Assembly (NCBI RefSeq): GCF_001447785.1
Contig: NW_015162494.1
Location: forward strand, 599,559-663,558
DNA length: 64,000 nt
Direction of reading: 5' to 3'
DNA from: Gekko japonicus
Taxonomy: Eukaryota
The translations under genes were made by a program, and so were the position numbers. This document shows positions 12,501 to 27,500 of this stretch, one piece after another. The notes beneath the pieces were generated by a model, which was not told the origin of the DNA, searched no databases, and saw only the letters and a program-made list of their open reading frames with translations. How positions within the stretch are numbered: the first letter of the stretch is position 1; each line of letters starts with the position of its first letter.

Positions 12501-15500
12501 GGATGACTTACAAAATTCATAGTACATCCTAAACAGAGTCACAACCTTCTAAAATTATTGACGTCACTGGCCTTAGAGGGGGTTAGTTGGCTGAGGACTG
12601 CCCTATTGATCCCAGAGATGTTTGTTTAGAGTTGCTTTTAATGATGATGATTTGGTACTTTGCTTTTTGATAGGATGTTGGTTGCATTGTTGCTTTTATT
12701 CTTCATGTTGTGGTTGTGTCTTGTCAATCATTGAGCATAATACAGCCAAAGTACACTTCTAAATCATATTTATTTCAGTTAGAGAGAGTTGAGGACATGC
12801 TTAACTCTTCCACTGCCATCAATAGGACCTAAAGGTGCTGCATTTTGACTGACTTGTTCCCAATAAGTTGGATTGGGTGTGCATGCTGCACTTTGTCATT
12901 TTTGAGCTGTTTTTAAAAGATTCTTTGAAACTGAATAATAATAATAATAATAAATGGGCATTTCTTTTCAGTAAACCCTTTCTTATTTAAAATATGTTTG
13001 ATCACAGATTGTTCCAGAACCATTGTATTCTTTTTGACAGTACAGGAGAAATGTAATTCTAGACTCTAGTTTTTATGCCTATCATTTGTTGTGTGATATC
13101 GGTAAAATCACACAGGCTTTAATCCTGACCACTGTAATTGGCCCACTAGAGGAGACGAGCGTTCCGAGTATCTGTTCCGGTAAAGAAGTAGGGGAGTTAA
13201 GTATCAAGTCTCCAGTTGCTGATGGGAATCTGAATATTTTGGTAACAAGCCAGTGTGTTCTAAGATATAAACTGTAATCTTATGCACAGGTAATTCGCAG
13301 TCAGTCACATTGAACTCATGTATATTGATGCTCAAGTAAACATGCACAGAATTAGACTTCACAAGAATTGTGCATGTAAGATACTATAATTAAACTTGAA
13401 GGAATGTATACTTATTTTTAATAATTAAATCATGCAGCCTCATGGAAGCCCAGACACACAGCACATTCAAATGCTACACAGATATGGAAAGAGACTGGCT
13501 CCAATCGCAAAAATTTATTCTCAGAAAAGAATGGGAGCATAAAAAAGATAATTACAATGAATGTTGGGAACGAAGCCTCAAATAACAAAATGCATGCATT
13601 TTATTCCATCATTTTTGCCTCTCTCTTCAAAAAGATGTAATGGTTATAAAACAAAGCATGAGGAGCTGCAAAGTGCAACTGAAGCCATTTTTATAAGCAG
13701 CGTCATGGGGCATTAAGTCCTAGAATGAGTACTTTAAAATGGTGTCAGTACTCATGTATAAGGTTGCACTGATTTTCACTGATTTCCCCCTTCAGGACTT
13801 GGGAGAGCCCTGAAAAAAGTGCTGTAACTCAATACCAGTGAGGACTGTCTCAAAAATAGCCCTGCCTAGAACTAAGGCTACACACCTATGCACACTTACA
13901 TGAGACTAAATCCCACTGAATTATGCAGGGTTTATTTTCAAGTAAGCTCTCATAGCGCCATAATTGCTTGGTCATTAATAAAACCATCTACTGACCATTT
14001 GTTGGCTCGTAGAAAATAAGACAAACATAATTCAGACCCAATATTACAGACATTGTCTGCCTCACTTAAAATACCTGGTGCTTTTAATGCTTATTCATTT
14101 GCATGCTGCATTGGGAGATTTTAAAAGGAGCACCTGAGGAGTCCATCTTTCTCTTCTTGTTTTTTTTATTATTTTATCTTCTATTCCTGTGGTTGGGAAA
14201 ATCCAGACAAAGATGGCTTCTAAGATCTTCAAAATCTAACTGGTCTTGTGATAAGAGCTATTGAAATAACAAAGAGCCGCTTGAAGGACTTAACAAAGTA
14301 CATTTTCAGCACTGCTGCTTAAGTTAAGGGAAGTTTTGAGAACATCTTCAAGAGTGCACATTAGTGTGGTACATCCCTGAGCTTTTATCCATGGCCTTTG
14401 GCTAATGTATAGAGCCTGGCGGGCTATGTGTGCCTCTAAAAAGCTCTCCTCCTCCACACTCCACTGGTTACACTGAAATAGAGCTTCAAAAGCTCATCCT
14501 TTTAACATATTCGGGTTTCAATTATTTCATGTTCAAATGTGGTGCATTCCTGTGGTCATAAGGGAAAAAGTAATTAGGTGGCAAAGCCTCATAGCTTTTT
14601 TCCCTCTCCCTCTTTCCCTCCATACACAGAGAAAGAAAATGTAAATCAAGAAGGCGTCATTTAGTAATCAACATAAGATACAGAAAATAAATAAAGTAAA
14701 ACTTATCTGGGCATAGATGCATGAAATGACTCTAGAAATAACTCTCCCGTGGTCCTGTAAGCCTGTACAGTTTGTGATTCACCCAGGCCTCATTTCTTTT
14801 GACACATTCAGGCTTGGCAATCACACTGTTCTTTCAGTCTCAGACATACATCATATTATTTAGCCTTTGGAAAGCTGCCATTAGTGGTTGGTGGTCTATA
14901 TTTTTTTGCTTGACGGCCCATAGGAATCCCAGTAAGCCCCGGATTTTGCTCCCTCCTGGGAGTGCAGAAATGAAGCAGAGGGTTGTCACAGTATGAAGGA
15001 GGCCAGGAGGATGCATGAATAGCTTTTGGCTTAGCATAGATCAATAGATATTCTGGCTTGTTATAGCACGTGTAATATGTTGATTGATGTTGATTGGTTC
15101 AGTTGGTATTATGATCTCAATAATACCGAGCAGGTATTATTCAAATATTATTATTAGTAGTAGTATTTGATTAACGGTTCAGAAATGTAACCAATAAGAA
15201 AATGAATGAAGTTTTAGGGTAGAAGAAAATATTTGTTTGTTTGTTTGTTTTCACATCAGAAAAAATGAAGTGTTTAGGGCCCACAAAAATATATGAAATT
15301 TTGCCTAAACCAGAAAAAAATGGAAGTATTTAAAGTTATATCAAAAATAATTGTTACTATTGATATTATTATGGTGGGAAGGGCCCACAAAGGCAAAAGT
15401 GCCTAGGACCCATGAAAGTCATAAGTCAACCCTGGGTTCAGTTTATGAACAGAATGTGTTGTTAGCTTAAATTAGATTTTAGTCCTAGTCATGGACTCTA

Positions 15501-18500
15501 GTTGAGCAAAGACCCCAGCAGAGAACTCTGAAGACTTCATGGAACTGTGGGCCCAGGGAAAATCCAGAGTGCTGGAGTAAAAAGGCTAAGACTAAAAATA
15601 CACACAAGCATGTTCTATTGTTTGTGAGCCAACTTAAAACACTTGATAAAAAGTGAGTTTTTTCCCCTTTAAGTATTTGATGATGGGACTTGTAAGTGGC
15701 AACTCAATTATGATTTGAGAGGAAGGGGGGTCATTGCTCATCACTAACCATTTCCCACTCTGCTGCTACACTAAGGAGGGTTGCCAGTCCATTGCTGGCA
15801 ATGGGCAGGAGGTTTAGGAGAGCAGGGACATGCAAACAGACATTGTTCCAACACTATGATGTCACTTCTGGCATGACCCCAAGTGACTTCATTGCGTCAG
15901 TGCAATGCTCTGGGATTTTCCCAGGATGTCCTGTTATCCAGAGTAGCAGGTAAATGATATTGTCATTGCCCTCTCATGGGACAAGAGACCTCAAACCTGG
16001 TATGACATGAGATTATGGTGATGTTTTAACTTCACATCATACCAGAGGTCCGAGAATTCTCAGCCAGGTCTAGCTATGTTAGATCCATTCTGTGTTCCAC
16101 AACCTATTTCTGTAGTTGTCTATTTCTATTCTTGTTAAACTAATAAAATCTTATGTTTTTTTTAAAAAAAGAATTTTAATAGGGTAGAAATTATCCTGAT
16201 GCTTCCAAAACTTTCTACAGTGGCTCAACCCCTCCCTGTTACATATGGAAAATCAAACATTTAAAACTCAACCAATACCAGCAGGGTAATCCTATACAGA
16301 GTTACTGGAGTTACTTTGTATAGAATTGTATTGAAAATGTCCTTGGTGAACGATATACAGAGCAATGGTTTTTGTGTTTCTAAGAAAGCCTTTCAAAGCA
16401 GCTGTAATTCTGAATCATGCCTAAAAAACAGGGAATCACTCTCGTCATGTTCAGTGAAAGCTGGGCTTTCAGTACAGACATGCAGAATTATTCCAGTCTA
16501 ACAGTGCCATCCTAAGAACACTTTCCTGGGAGTAAATAGATTAGGATTCTGAGTAGACTTGTTTAGGATTGTTCTTTAATCCTATTGAATGGACTGTTGG
16601 TCTGGAAGGCAGTCCTGGCCTTGGATCCACAATTCCTGAAAAAAAAAATATTAATCAATGCCTTCAGGAAATATTGCACAACTTTTTGTGCTGCCCCCCC
16701 ACAAATAACTTTTGAAATCACATATTGACTCCTGTAACTACTTCCAAAATTGTACATGTTAGTTCCAAGTTGTAATTCATTTCCAAGTGAAACGTTTTTG
16801 TTTATAATCACTGGTCCAGGCAGTTGGAGACATAATGTTGGGTGTTACAATTTAAAACACTTCAGTATTTTCAGGGTTAATGATGTTTGTTAAGTCACAT
16901 GTTTGTTTGTAACCAATCTGTTTAGACAATAGAATGCCCGGAAACTTTGGAGCTAGTATGTTACTCTGATTGGAAACTAAGGTGTCAAGTATTAGCATTT
17001 TATGGCTTCTCTTCCCGTCTCTGTGTTCTTTGTTCTGACTAGAGAAGGAGACGCCATTTCCGGCTCTTTAGATGTAAGGATGTAGGCGTATAAGCTCTTT
17101 GTTATTTTATATCCTGTGTACCCTTTTCCCATGTTAGGTTTATAGTAAACTTTTATATTTTAAATACACACTATGGACTCAGTCTCTTAATACTCTGGTG
17201 ATTTACTCAAAAAGAATCCCATCAAAGGTTATGGGCCCAGACACGTTCCTTAATGCGCAGAGCTGACCATGTGTGTTGAGTTCACTTAGAAACTTTTAAG
17301 AATAGCACAATCGGGGTTTTTTAAACGTTTTCTGGATTAATGGGAGCAGAGAAGACTTTTTTCCGTTTCTTGAGCTTGTCCTAGCCTTGTGCTGACAGGA
17401 CAGATATATTAAGCAATGCCTTCAGGAAATATTGCACAACTTTTTGTGCTGCCCCCCCACAAATAACTTTTGAAATCACATATTGACTCCTGTAACTACT
17501 TCCAAAATTGTACATGTTAGTTCCAAGTTGTAATTCATTTCCAAGTGAAACGTTTTTGTTTATAATCACTGGTCCAGGCAGTTGGAGACATAAACACCCA
17601 TTTCTGAATTGTAGGTTTTCTCACCTGTAATCATACTCCCTTGACTTCAATGAGACTTGCACTTAGACACCATTTTAAAGGCTGAAGTTCTCTGCATGCT
17701 TGGGACTGGGGACCATTTAGTTCAGAGAAATTTCCTTCTGAATAAATATCGCCTCCTTTATTTAAAACATTTAGAACATAGGTTTCCTGTGCTCAAAGTG
17801 ATTGGGCAGAAAGCATACTTCAGCATATTTGCTCCAAGTAAACCTTATGTGGAGTGGGCTGTAAGTGGGACTATACTGGGAAGGCCACATGATAAAGTGG
17901 TTAATGTGTCCAATTAGGACTGGGAAGAGCCAGGCAGAACCCCCTACTCAACCATGATGCTCATTTGCAATTCCATCCTAAGGAGAGTTACACCCTTCTA
18001 AGCCCATTATCTTCAGTGTACTTAGACAGGTGTAGCTCTGCTTAGGAGGGCACTGGGGGTGAAGTTGGACCAATGACTCTCATGTAGCCTAACCTACCTC
18101 ATAGTGTTATGGGGATAAAATAAGGGAGGTCAGAAGCATGCATGTTGCTCTGAGCTTCTTGGAGGCAGAGTGGGATAATAAAAAAATGTGACAAAGGGGT
18201 GTCTTGTTCATAATTTAGAAAGCTTTTAAACTCTCCCTGTGTTTTCATCTCCTTTAAATGAACAAATATTGTCCTCCTCAGCCCTGTCTAACAGCAGTAA
18301 TGTTTAAAAAGACAGAGGAGAAAAGTTGGTCTTCAGCAAAATTTCTTCATATTACAATGATAAACATCAGAGTCAGCAATACATTAATGTGGAAGGATGG
18401 CTTTATTCCTTAGCTGAATTATGTGTTTATCAAAATGTAGATTTCACCCTGATCTAATCTGCAGCAGAAAATACAATATTTAAAATCCCAGTTATGAAAG

Positions 18501-21500
18501 AAATCCATTAAGACACTAGAATGTTATTTCTATTTGTCAGAGTATTAATTTGCCTCAGTGTTAAGAGTGTATTTTGTTCCCATGTATGAACTGTAGGCAT
18601 CTGTTTCAAGTTCCCTTGTAGATTTAGATGAAGAAATGAAGCTTTTAGGGCCAATATTATATTACCCAATATTGTAATAGCCTTGGGTTCCCATCTCTCT
18701 TTCCCATGGATACATTTCATGTAAAAAATGTGAGATGATTCTTGAAGGAGAGTATACTAAAGTGGCCCATTCAAAATGATGCTCATAGCAAACCCTTTGC
18801 AATGATAACCTATTTCTCGCTGACCCAAATGTGTTAAAGTAAGAGCCCATGGATTAAAAGACAATCAAGGATTTTGTGTACTGCAGCTACCAATCTCAAA
18901 TAAAGACAATAAGCTAGGAGATTACCTTTGGAGGAAATGGGGCTGGGACAAGGCTGAAAAGAACAGACATGATGCTTTTTAGATTCAGGTGGGTAGCCAT
19001 GTTGGTCTGAAACAATAGAACAAAGTTTGAGTCCAGTGGCACCTTTAAGACCAAGAAAGTTTAATTCTGCGTATAAGCTTTTGGGTGTGCATGCACGAAA
19101 GCTTATAAACATGAAAGCTTACACCTAAAATTAAACTTTGCTGGTTTTAAAGGTGACACTGGACTCATGTTTCTTCATTTACACCCCACCTTTCACCCAA
19201 TGGGGACACAAATTGGCTTATCTTGTTCTCTTCTCCTTCATTCTATCATCACAACCCAGGGCTTCCAGACCCCCCTTGAGGAGGCGGGGGTCCCCTGTCA
19301 TCAGGCTCTGCCCCCACAGTTGCCAATCAACTGGCTGGTGGTGGGATTTACCAGAAGAAAGAGAAACATCCAGGCCTTGTCGCTGGTGTCATACCAGAAG
19401 TGATGTCATCACACCAGTGCCATCCAGGCGATGATCTGGTATTTGGACAAAAACTGTAGAAGTTGGTTTTACCATAGCGTTTTTGCAAAAATACCAGAGT
19501 GTTGCCTGGATGGCACTGGCATGATGACATCACTTCTGGTACGAGACCAGCCTGTACTGTTTTTATATTGATCATTCATGATGTTTTTATGATTTTATGG
19601 TATTGTTTGTACTTCTAATCCACCTTGATTAGGAAACTGTAAAGGCACCATATAATTTCCCCAAATAAATAATTCTCAACATGTTCTTTTGACAAATATG
19701 GTAATGATATGGGCATTTTCCTTGAATTTTTAATGACTGCAATGATATTTAATGTTGATTTTTAATATGGTTTTAAAAGATAAAAATAAAGGCATGTACA
19801 TTTCCAAGGTTATAATGAGCTGCTTCTGAGAATTTATAATTTTTATTAATTTAAGTTCCGATCGTAATAATCTTTCTGATAAGCGTTCCATAACAAAGCA
19901 ATCCCAAATTTTATCTAGCCGTAGGGGATTTTTTGTGTGGGGGCCATCCTTTCTTTCCATTTCGAAGCTATTCCTAGTTTGGCTGCTGTGAGTAAGATGA
20001 TTATCAAGTGTTTTCAAACCTGTGGAATCTGGTCTTCCCCCCACAGATTTAGGAGTATTCGCTCAGGAGTCATTGCGATTGAATATCTTGTGATAGAGCA
20101 AATTGTGCATGTAATCATATACCAGAATTTAACAATGTGGATCGCTCTACACAGGCTTACCCTTGAGGCTGACCCACAAATTACAGCTGGCACAAAATGC
20201 GGCGGCACGCCTGCTGACGTTGACACCTATGCAGGCTCACGTTCAGCATGTGCTCCGCCAATTGCATTGATTACCGGTTGAGTTCTGGATTCACTTCAAG
20301 GTGTTGGTAGTAACCTTCAATGCCTTACACAGTTTGTGACCAACATATCTGAGGGGCTGCGTCTTCCAATATACACCTCAAAGAGCATTACACTCTATGG
20401 ATCAACATCTCCTGGTGGTCCCTGGTCCAAAGGACGTCCATCTCAGCTCGACCAGGGCCAGGGCTTTTTCTGCCCTGGTCCCTGCCTGGTGGAACATGAT
20501 CCCTATTGAGATCAGGGCTCTGCAGGATCTTCTTCAATTCCACATGGCCTGCAAGACAGAGGTGTTCCACCAGGCCTTTGGCTGAGGCAGCAGGCGTCCA
20601 TGTATGGCCTTCCTGAGGTTGTTGTCACCCACCCACTGACAACTGGCCATTATTCATCTGTTATCAGTGGGCCAGGGAACCTCTCACAGCCAGCTGATTT
20701 TTTGTTTTGAGCTGTAACCACTGATTTTAATGTTTATTATTGTGTTAAAAACAAACTGTATTTAGTTTATTGTTTGATATGATGTTACCTACCCTGAGCC
20801 CACTTGCGGGATGGGCGGGCTATAAATAAATAAATAAGCCCACCAACAATGCAAATAAGAACCCACACTGCTTCCAACATAGTGAGGTTTTGGAAGAATC
20901 CATATGATTCAGTTGGACTGGGGTAAGATGCCAGTGTGTAATGAGTTTAAAAGTTGTTACTCTAGCATTAGTTGCTTTCAACGCAGTGAAAGAAGTAGAC
21001 CACATAGAATCCCATTGGTTGTTAGTTAGCTGTAAAGAACATATATCATTCCATTTGTTTTGGTATTGTGGTGGGTTGGAATTTCCAAAGTGAAGCAGTA
21101 TGAGATACATTCTGGAGAGTAGGCCTTGCTGTGCTTGGGTTTCTCAACAGAGTTTCGAAGTTTGTGAAGCATCTAAGATAATATTTGTGGTTGGTCACCT
21201 ATTAAACATATTGTGAATTTGAAAGAAGCAAAACCAGTGAAGAGGTTTGCTCAGTTTTCTGTCTAGGGAGGCTTTATCCAGTAAATGTCTATTCTTGGAT
21301 AAGTCAATAATGCGGGTTACCCCAGCTTTTCTCCAAGACTTTACGAAAGTAGGGTCTTGGCCAGGCCCAAACAAGTTCTGATTCAGAAAAGAAGCCAGAG
21401 GAGAGGCATCAAGATCTTTCTCTTATTATTCCATGTTGCTAGCATAGCCTGGAGAAAGGGGTTGTTTGGCTTAGCAGAGTCCACATTCCTCTTTAGGGCC

Positions 21501-24500
21501 CAGATAGTGTCTTGAAGTGAATTAGATTTTGTGTATTCTTGCTCAGTCCATGTCCAGTCTGTAAGCATGTCAGCTTGCAGCATCGTAGCTAGACTTCCCA
21601 GTCTAGCAGTCTGGAGATAGAGGTTTAAATCCTGGAGACCCATACCCCCCTAATTTATGGGCTGCTTCTGTGAGATGTAGGGGAAGAGACATGAGGTACT
21701 TCCTGTTCTGCCACAGAAGTAGCAGATCCAAAGCCATAATCTGCTCTCAAAAAATATAATGTAAAAGAACCTTGGAATACAACCTTGGAACTCTCTCTCT
21801 CCCCTCACATCCCACTCCCCCATCCTGCTATTGTTCACAGCTGGCTGAATCAGTTAGTGAGGAATGCAGCATCTAAAAAGAAAGGCTTTTATTTTTATCC
21901 TTTTGAGAGGGAAAAACCATCATTAAATATTCTTCCATCAGTAGTCTTTTCAGTAATGAAAACATCATTGAAAATGTCTGCACTGTTACCATATTTCTAA
22001 AAAAACCCAACTAGGCAGAAAAAATACACACATACACAGTATTTTTTAATGCACCATAAGTTCTGCAAAAATATATTGTTCCTTCTCTGGGGCTTACAAC
22101 ACAGAATACTTCTTTATCGTTTCCTTGTATAACTCCAGTTTATTTCAATGGGCCCTGCATAGGAGGAGATTGTGGTGCATTGAGCTCAGGATCTATAAAC
22201 TACTGATAAAACAATATCTAAGGCTGCTGTCCTAAGAATACCTTCCTGGGAGTAAACTCCAAGGAACAAAATTGAATGCCTTTCCAAAAATCCCTGTTTA
22301 GGATTGCTCCTGAAGTAACTTGACCACAAATAACTTTATAATTCCTTCTGATACAGTAGTTGTTATTTTCCCCTTGAATACCTAACAATGGATTTAAAAA
22401 CATATTTAAACTTAATCTTTTGCAGCTTGCTCAGATCTTACCCACAGAAGAAAACTTCCTCTTGTTCTTTAGGTGCCAGCAGCTGAAATCGAGTGAAGAC
22501 TTCATGCAGGTAATCTGTGCAATTCTCCCTTTTTGTAAAGTTAACAAGAAATATCTTTTTGTGATTAAAAAAAAACAAAAACGTTTTAAACTTCTCATTT
22601 CCAGATATGGAGAAAATATGATAGTGACCACAGTGGCTATATGGATGCTGAAGAGCTTAAGGTAAGACATGATCTATGGTACAATTTAAGCCACCGAAAG
22701 GCAGCCTCAACTCTGAAAGTTCAGTCCAAAATTGTCTGGTAATGATTGTGAAAGGGACTCCATTCAAGAATACTTCTTAGTGTTCTTGCTATCTGAGAAG
22801 GGGGCAAAGGTGGTTGAAAGGCACTTCCACTGGACCTCAGAGATACTAACAGGATACACAGAAAGAGAGAATTTCCATAGTGTTTAGATTAGACAGATGG
22901 GTATATGTATTCAGATCTAGTATTAATACTGTTGTTTTCCTCCTGAAGCATACAAAAGCATTAACTGGATGTCATTAATTTTGCTTTCAAAGAAGCTCTT
23001 TAATAGAACTGCAAATTGCTTTAGCATTGGATTTTGGTCAATTTACTCCTGCTAAAGCCATTTTTTGGCTTAACAGAGAGGTTCTCTAGACAAACAACTC
23101 AGCACATGGGCACTGTTCCTGGATTTTACCATCTCAGACCGCAGGTGTGGGAGTGCAGGACTGGATTTTTCCCTATACAAACAAACAACTAGAGGCCTAG
23201 ATATCTAGGAGAAAGGCATTAGCACAATCTTTTATCTTTTTAATATCCTTCTTTCTTTACAAATTATTTTATAAGGAGAGCATTCACAGTGCAATCCTAT
23301 GCAGAGTTACTGATGTCGAAGCCCAGTGATTTCAGTAGACATAGACTGGAGTAAGTCTGAATAGGATTGCACTGTTAGTCATGTAAATCAAGGAAGGACA
23401 GACTTAATGAGGTGGATATACCCATCCTCCAAGCGGCCTCCCTCCAGCCTAAGGAGCCTTGCTCTAACGTAAGTGGCTGTTTCTCCAGTGCAAGAGCCAC
23501 TTAATTTAGAGCAATGCTCCTTAGATGGGAGGAAGGCTTCAGACTTGAGCCAAAAGGAAAAAGTGGGATATAAATATTTAAATAAATAAACTTTGCCCAG
23601 CGGCATGGTAGGATAGGGGTAGGATCCTCTCCTACATTTCTGGGAGCTACCATGGGGAAGGGCAGTCGCTGTATTTTACAGCATCTGTTTGTCATGCAGA
23701 AGGTCATAGGTTCAACCCCTGGCATATCCAGTTTAAAAAGTATCAGGTAGTTGATGATGTGAAAGACCTTTACCTGAGACCCTGGAAGCTGATGCCAGTC
23801 TGAGTAAATAATACTGATCCTTATACTGATCCCTATACTCAGTATAATGCACCTTCATGTTGTCCATATGTACAAGTCACAAAATGGTGGTTTGGTGGCT
23901 GCAGCCAGTCACAAAACGGTACCGTCTACCAATAATATGTTTCAGAACAGGGTGTGCACCACTCAGGTGGGGAGACCTTTCCTCCTAAGGCACCTCCCCC
24001 CATTGTAACTAATGGGGTGGGGGGGGGAGGATAGACCTCTGTATTTTCCTGGACGAGGTAAGCAGCAAGTTTGATGCAAAGACTAAAGTGTCAGTAGTAC
24101 ATGCCATTCCTATCCACAGGAAGGACGCATGAGTGCATGTATGAAGGAGGAGGAGAGGCAGATGAGATAGAGGGGTGCTGCTATTATTTTCTCGTCCAGA
24201 GCCCACATGCATGCATGCATTAATAGGGTTGCCAGCCCACAGTTGGTAGCTGGAGATCTGCTATTACAATTGATCTCCAGGAAACAGAGATCAGTTCACC
24301 TGGAGAAATTGGCTGCTTTGGAAGGTGGACTCTATGGCAGTATACCCCACTGAAGTCTCTGCCCTTCCCAAACTCCACCCTCCTCAGGCTCCACCCCCCA
24401 AATCTCTAGGTATTTCCCAACCTGGTGCCTGCCACCCTAGTGCATGTGTCCCTCATAAAAGAGGAAGAGATGAGAAGCTCCTGTGGTAGTTTAAAGAGAA

Positions 24501-27500
24501 GGATAAGAAAATGATTACTACAGCAGTGGACAAGGGATGCAGAGCTACTTTTCATTGCTTGGAGAATGACTCATCAACTCCTTATGGAACCCCCCAGTTG
24601 TAATTCAGACACACTTTTACCAAAGGAATAATGGTTTGTCTAGGGGATCTCTTGTTTACAGACTAGCTGCTTAATATGACTACATTTGGAAAACTCATCA
24701 GGGACAATCTAAAGAAAGCCCACATTTATAAAACCACAGTGCAGTACCTCAAATGCACCACTCAAGTCAAGACTGTTTGAAGACGCCTTCCAGCTCACCG
24801 TGCCATGGTCTATACATGTTTCATAATGCATATCAAGTTCCTCTGTAGTCTTAGATAGACTGGATGAGGGAAATTGGTTGAGATTATCAAGCAAGACAAA
24901 CCTGCCACCTACAGGCACATTACAAAGCATTACAATCATTACTATGCTAGTAAATAACCCTGGGATAGAAGTTCATCTCCTTCAGGATATGACAATCTGA
25001 ATTGGCTGAACCATTCTTTTATGGATTGATGTATTTTAATAGAATAAACTACAACTGTTTATTAAAACATTTCCAAGGCAGTTTACAACACTGAAATATA
25101 CAAAAACACTTATCTGAAGAAGTGTGCATGCACATGAAAACTTATACCCAGAATAAAACTTTGTTGGTCTTAAAGTTTCCACTGGACTCAAACTTTGTTC
25201 TAATACTCATCTTAAAATATAACTGAATACATAATTAACATTAATCTTCTCAAGTAAAAGACTAGCAATAAATAATTCATGTACTTAAAATAAACACTTA
25301 GCAACAATGAAACAGAACAAATAAATTAGCAAAGCCAAAGAGCAAAAATATTAAACATTGTTATTAATAACAGGACCAATAAGACCAAGTACTATGTACA
25401 GTAATAGCAAGGCTCACATTAACAATCAGACACTAAATGGACAAATAGGCAGGTTTTGATCTGACATTAATATCAGGCTTGGCACCAGCTGAAGAGTTAT
25501 GTGGAAGGAATGCCATGGTTGAGGTGCCACAGTCAAGAAGGCAGTGTCCTTAGTAGTCACCTAGCTCACGTCTGAAGTTTTTTTAAAAATCTCACTTCTA
25601 TCCCACCCTTCTTCCAGGAAGCTCAGGGCAGCATACATGGTTCTTCTCCCCCCCCCCCCCAAAACAGGCATCTTCCCCCCCCCCCCCCCAATACTGGACA
25701 ATTGCCTAAAAAAAAGAAAAGAAAAGCTAATTCACAATCACCTCTGTTTGAGAATTACAACCTGTACTGATGATGAGAGCATTAACTCTTCAAAGCTTAT
25801 ACCCTGAAAATGTTGTTGGTCTCTAAGGTGGTACTGGGCTTGAATCTAACCAATACAATTTGCTCCTCGTTGGTGCATCTGCCTGGTACTTCCGGGATGT
25901 AATGTTGTTGCTAGACTGACTGTTGTTCCCCTGCTTTGAAAAGGCAAGATCCAGCATGGCTATGAGGCAAATGGATATTGATAGTCGCCACTTGAGGAAT
26001 GGGCCCTTGGGATTATCCTTCTTTACCTACTCAGCTGGCTTCATGTTACAATTTGGTCATTGTTTCGAGCACAGCTCACTCCATGTAATCTGTAACTTTC
26101 TCTCCCTAATTATCAGTGTCAGCTAAAAACTCTGGTCTAAAATATCAAAAAAGCACCAATACTCCAAAGAATAATATAAAGAGGTTAGAACAGGTGTGTG
26201 AATTTTCCTTACAGCTGATAGGCACTTACAATTCCCAAGCTCTCCAGATTTTTTACTTAATAAAGAATTTTAAATGTCACTAAACTAGGACAGTCAAATG
26301 ATCTGCTGGGAAAACAAGTATCATTTCACACAGTAAAAGAAAAAAAGTGTGTGTGTATGTGTTTAAGACCAGCAAAGCAACTTACTCACTGCATCAGCTC
26401 CTCTAGCAAAAAGAAACACGTGCCGCTATGGAATGTGTCTTCAAAGGAGAAGAGGAGAAACCCATCATCAACATAAATACGGAATGGCAGCATTCAGTTC
26501 TACAGAGACAAAGGATCAAAATTATAGTGAGGAGCTGAAAAACAGTTAGATGGGCAAGTTCTGATGCAAGCTGGAGAGCTCTGCCCTCCCTCTCACCTGT
26601 CTTCCCACAAAGCCAAAGTCTAGAATTGAATCAGAAAAATAACATATCTGAGCTATCCTCTCCACCTGCCTCCCCTACTGGCAGATCTGTTGATCAGCCT
26701 TTCATGTTTCTGCCATAGGAAATGACATCCCATTACGATACCGGAATGTCAGCCGACTGTTCTGAGTGTAGCATATGGGACATTTTAATAAAATGTGCCA
26801 TTTTTATGGATATTTCTTAAGACAAACAAATAAAAGGCCTATATTTGGATTTGATAAAAGAACTCTTGGAGGAAGTGTTTGCAGGACGAATGTGTCTTTT
26901 CGCATTGTCCTTAGGCCAGCGGTCAAACTAATTTTAATTGTTGAAAGGAAATAAAGGAAAGGGGAAAGTGAAACACAAGAGGGAGAAAGGAGACACTGAA
27001 AAACGGAAATGGCAGAGTAGTATATGACCAAACAGATATGGTTCATAATCCCTATATAGCTCATTGTATGTGCACCCCCAGTGGAGGGATGCAACATTCA
27101 CGGAGCATTCTTTTACATTCAGAGAACCCAAGCCGGGAAAGACATATTTGTGTGGCTTATCCATGCTGTGTCTGTCTGAAGTGCTTCAAATTAGCAATGC
27201 ATTATATTTGCTATTGTTGCACAGTTAATATATAGCATCTTATTTTCTGGGAAATAAAGTTGTGGGATCAAAGTTACTCATTCCGGTCCAACATGCACGA
27301 GGAGGTGGGTTTCTGTACATGTTTCCCTGCCCAGATAGGGAACTGTGCACACAAGCACTGATGTAGATGCACTTTTTTTTAATATTCTTTTTTATTATTT
27401 TCTCATTATACACAATGATATTTCGCTTATACAGATTTCCTTCAAAGTAAAGAATCTTCCCACAGTCAAGCTTGTAGTACCCAGTTAAGACATACAAGTA

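Noticed and set aside
16563-17569. Duplicated small ORFs [10 protein letters not shown]... on - strand
   Set aside because: By-product of the 180-bp duplication; no coding evidence
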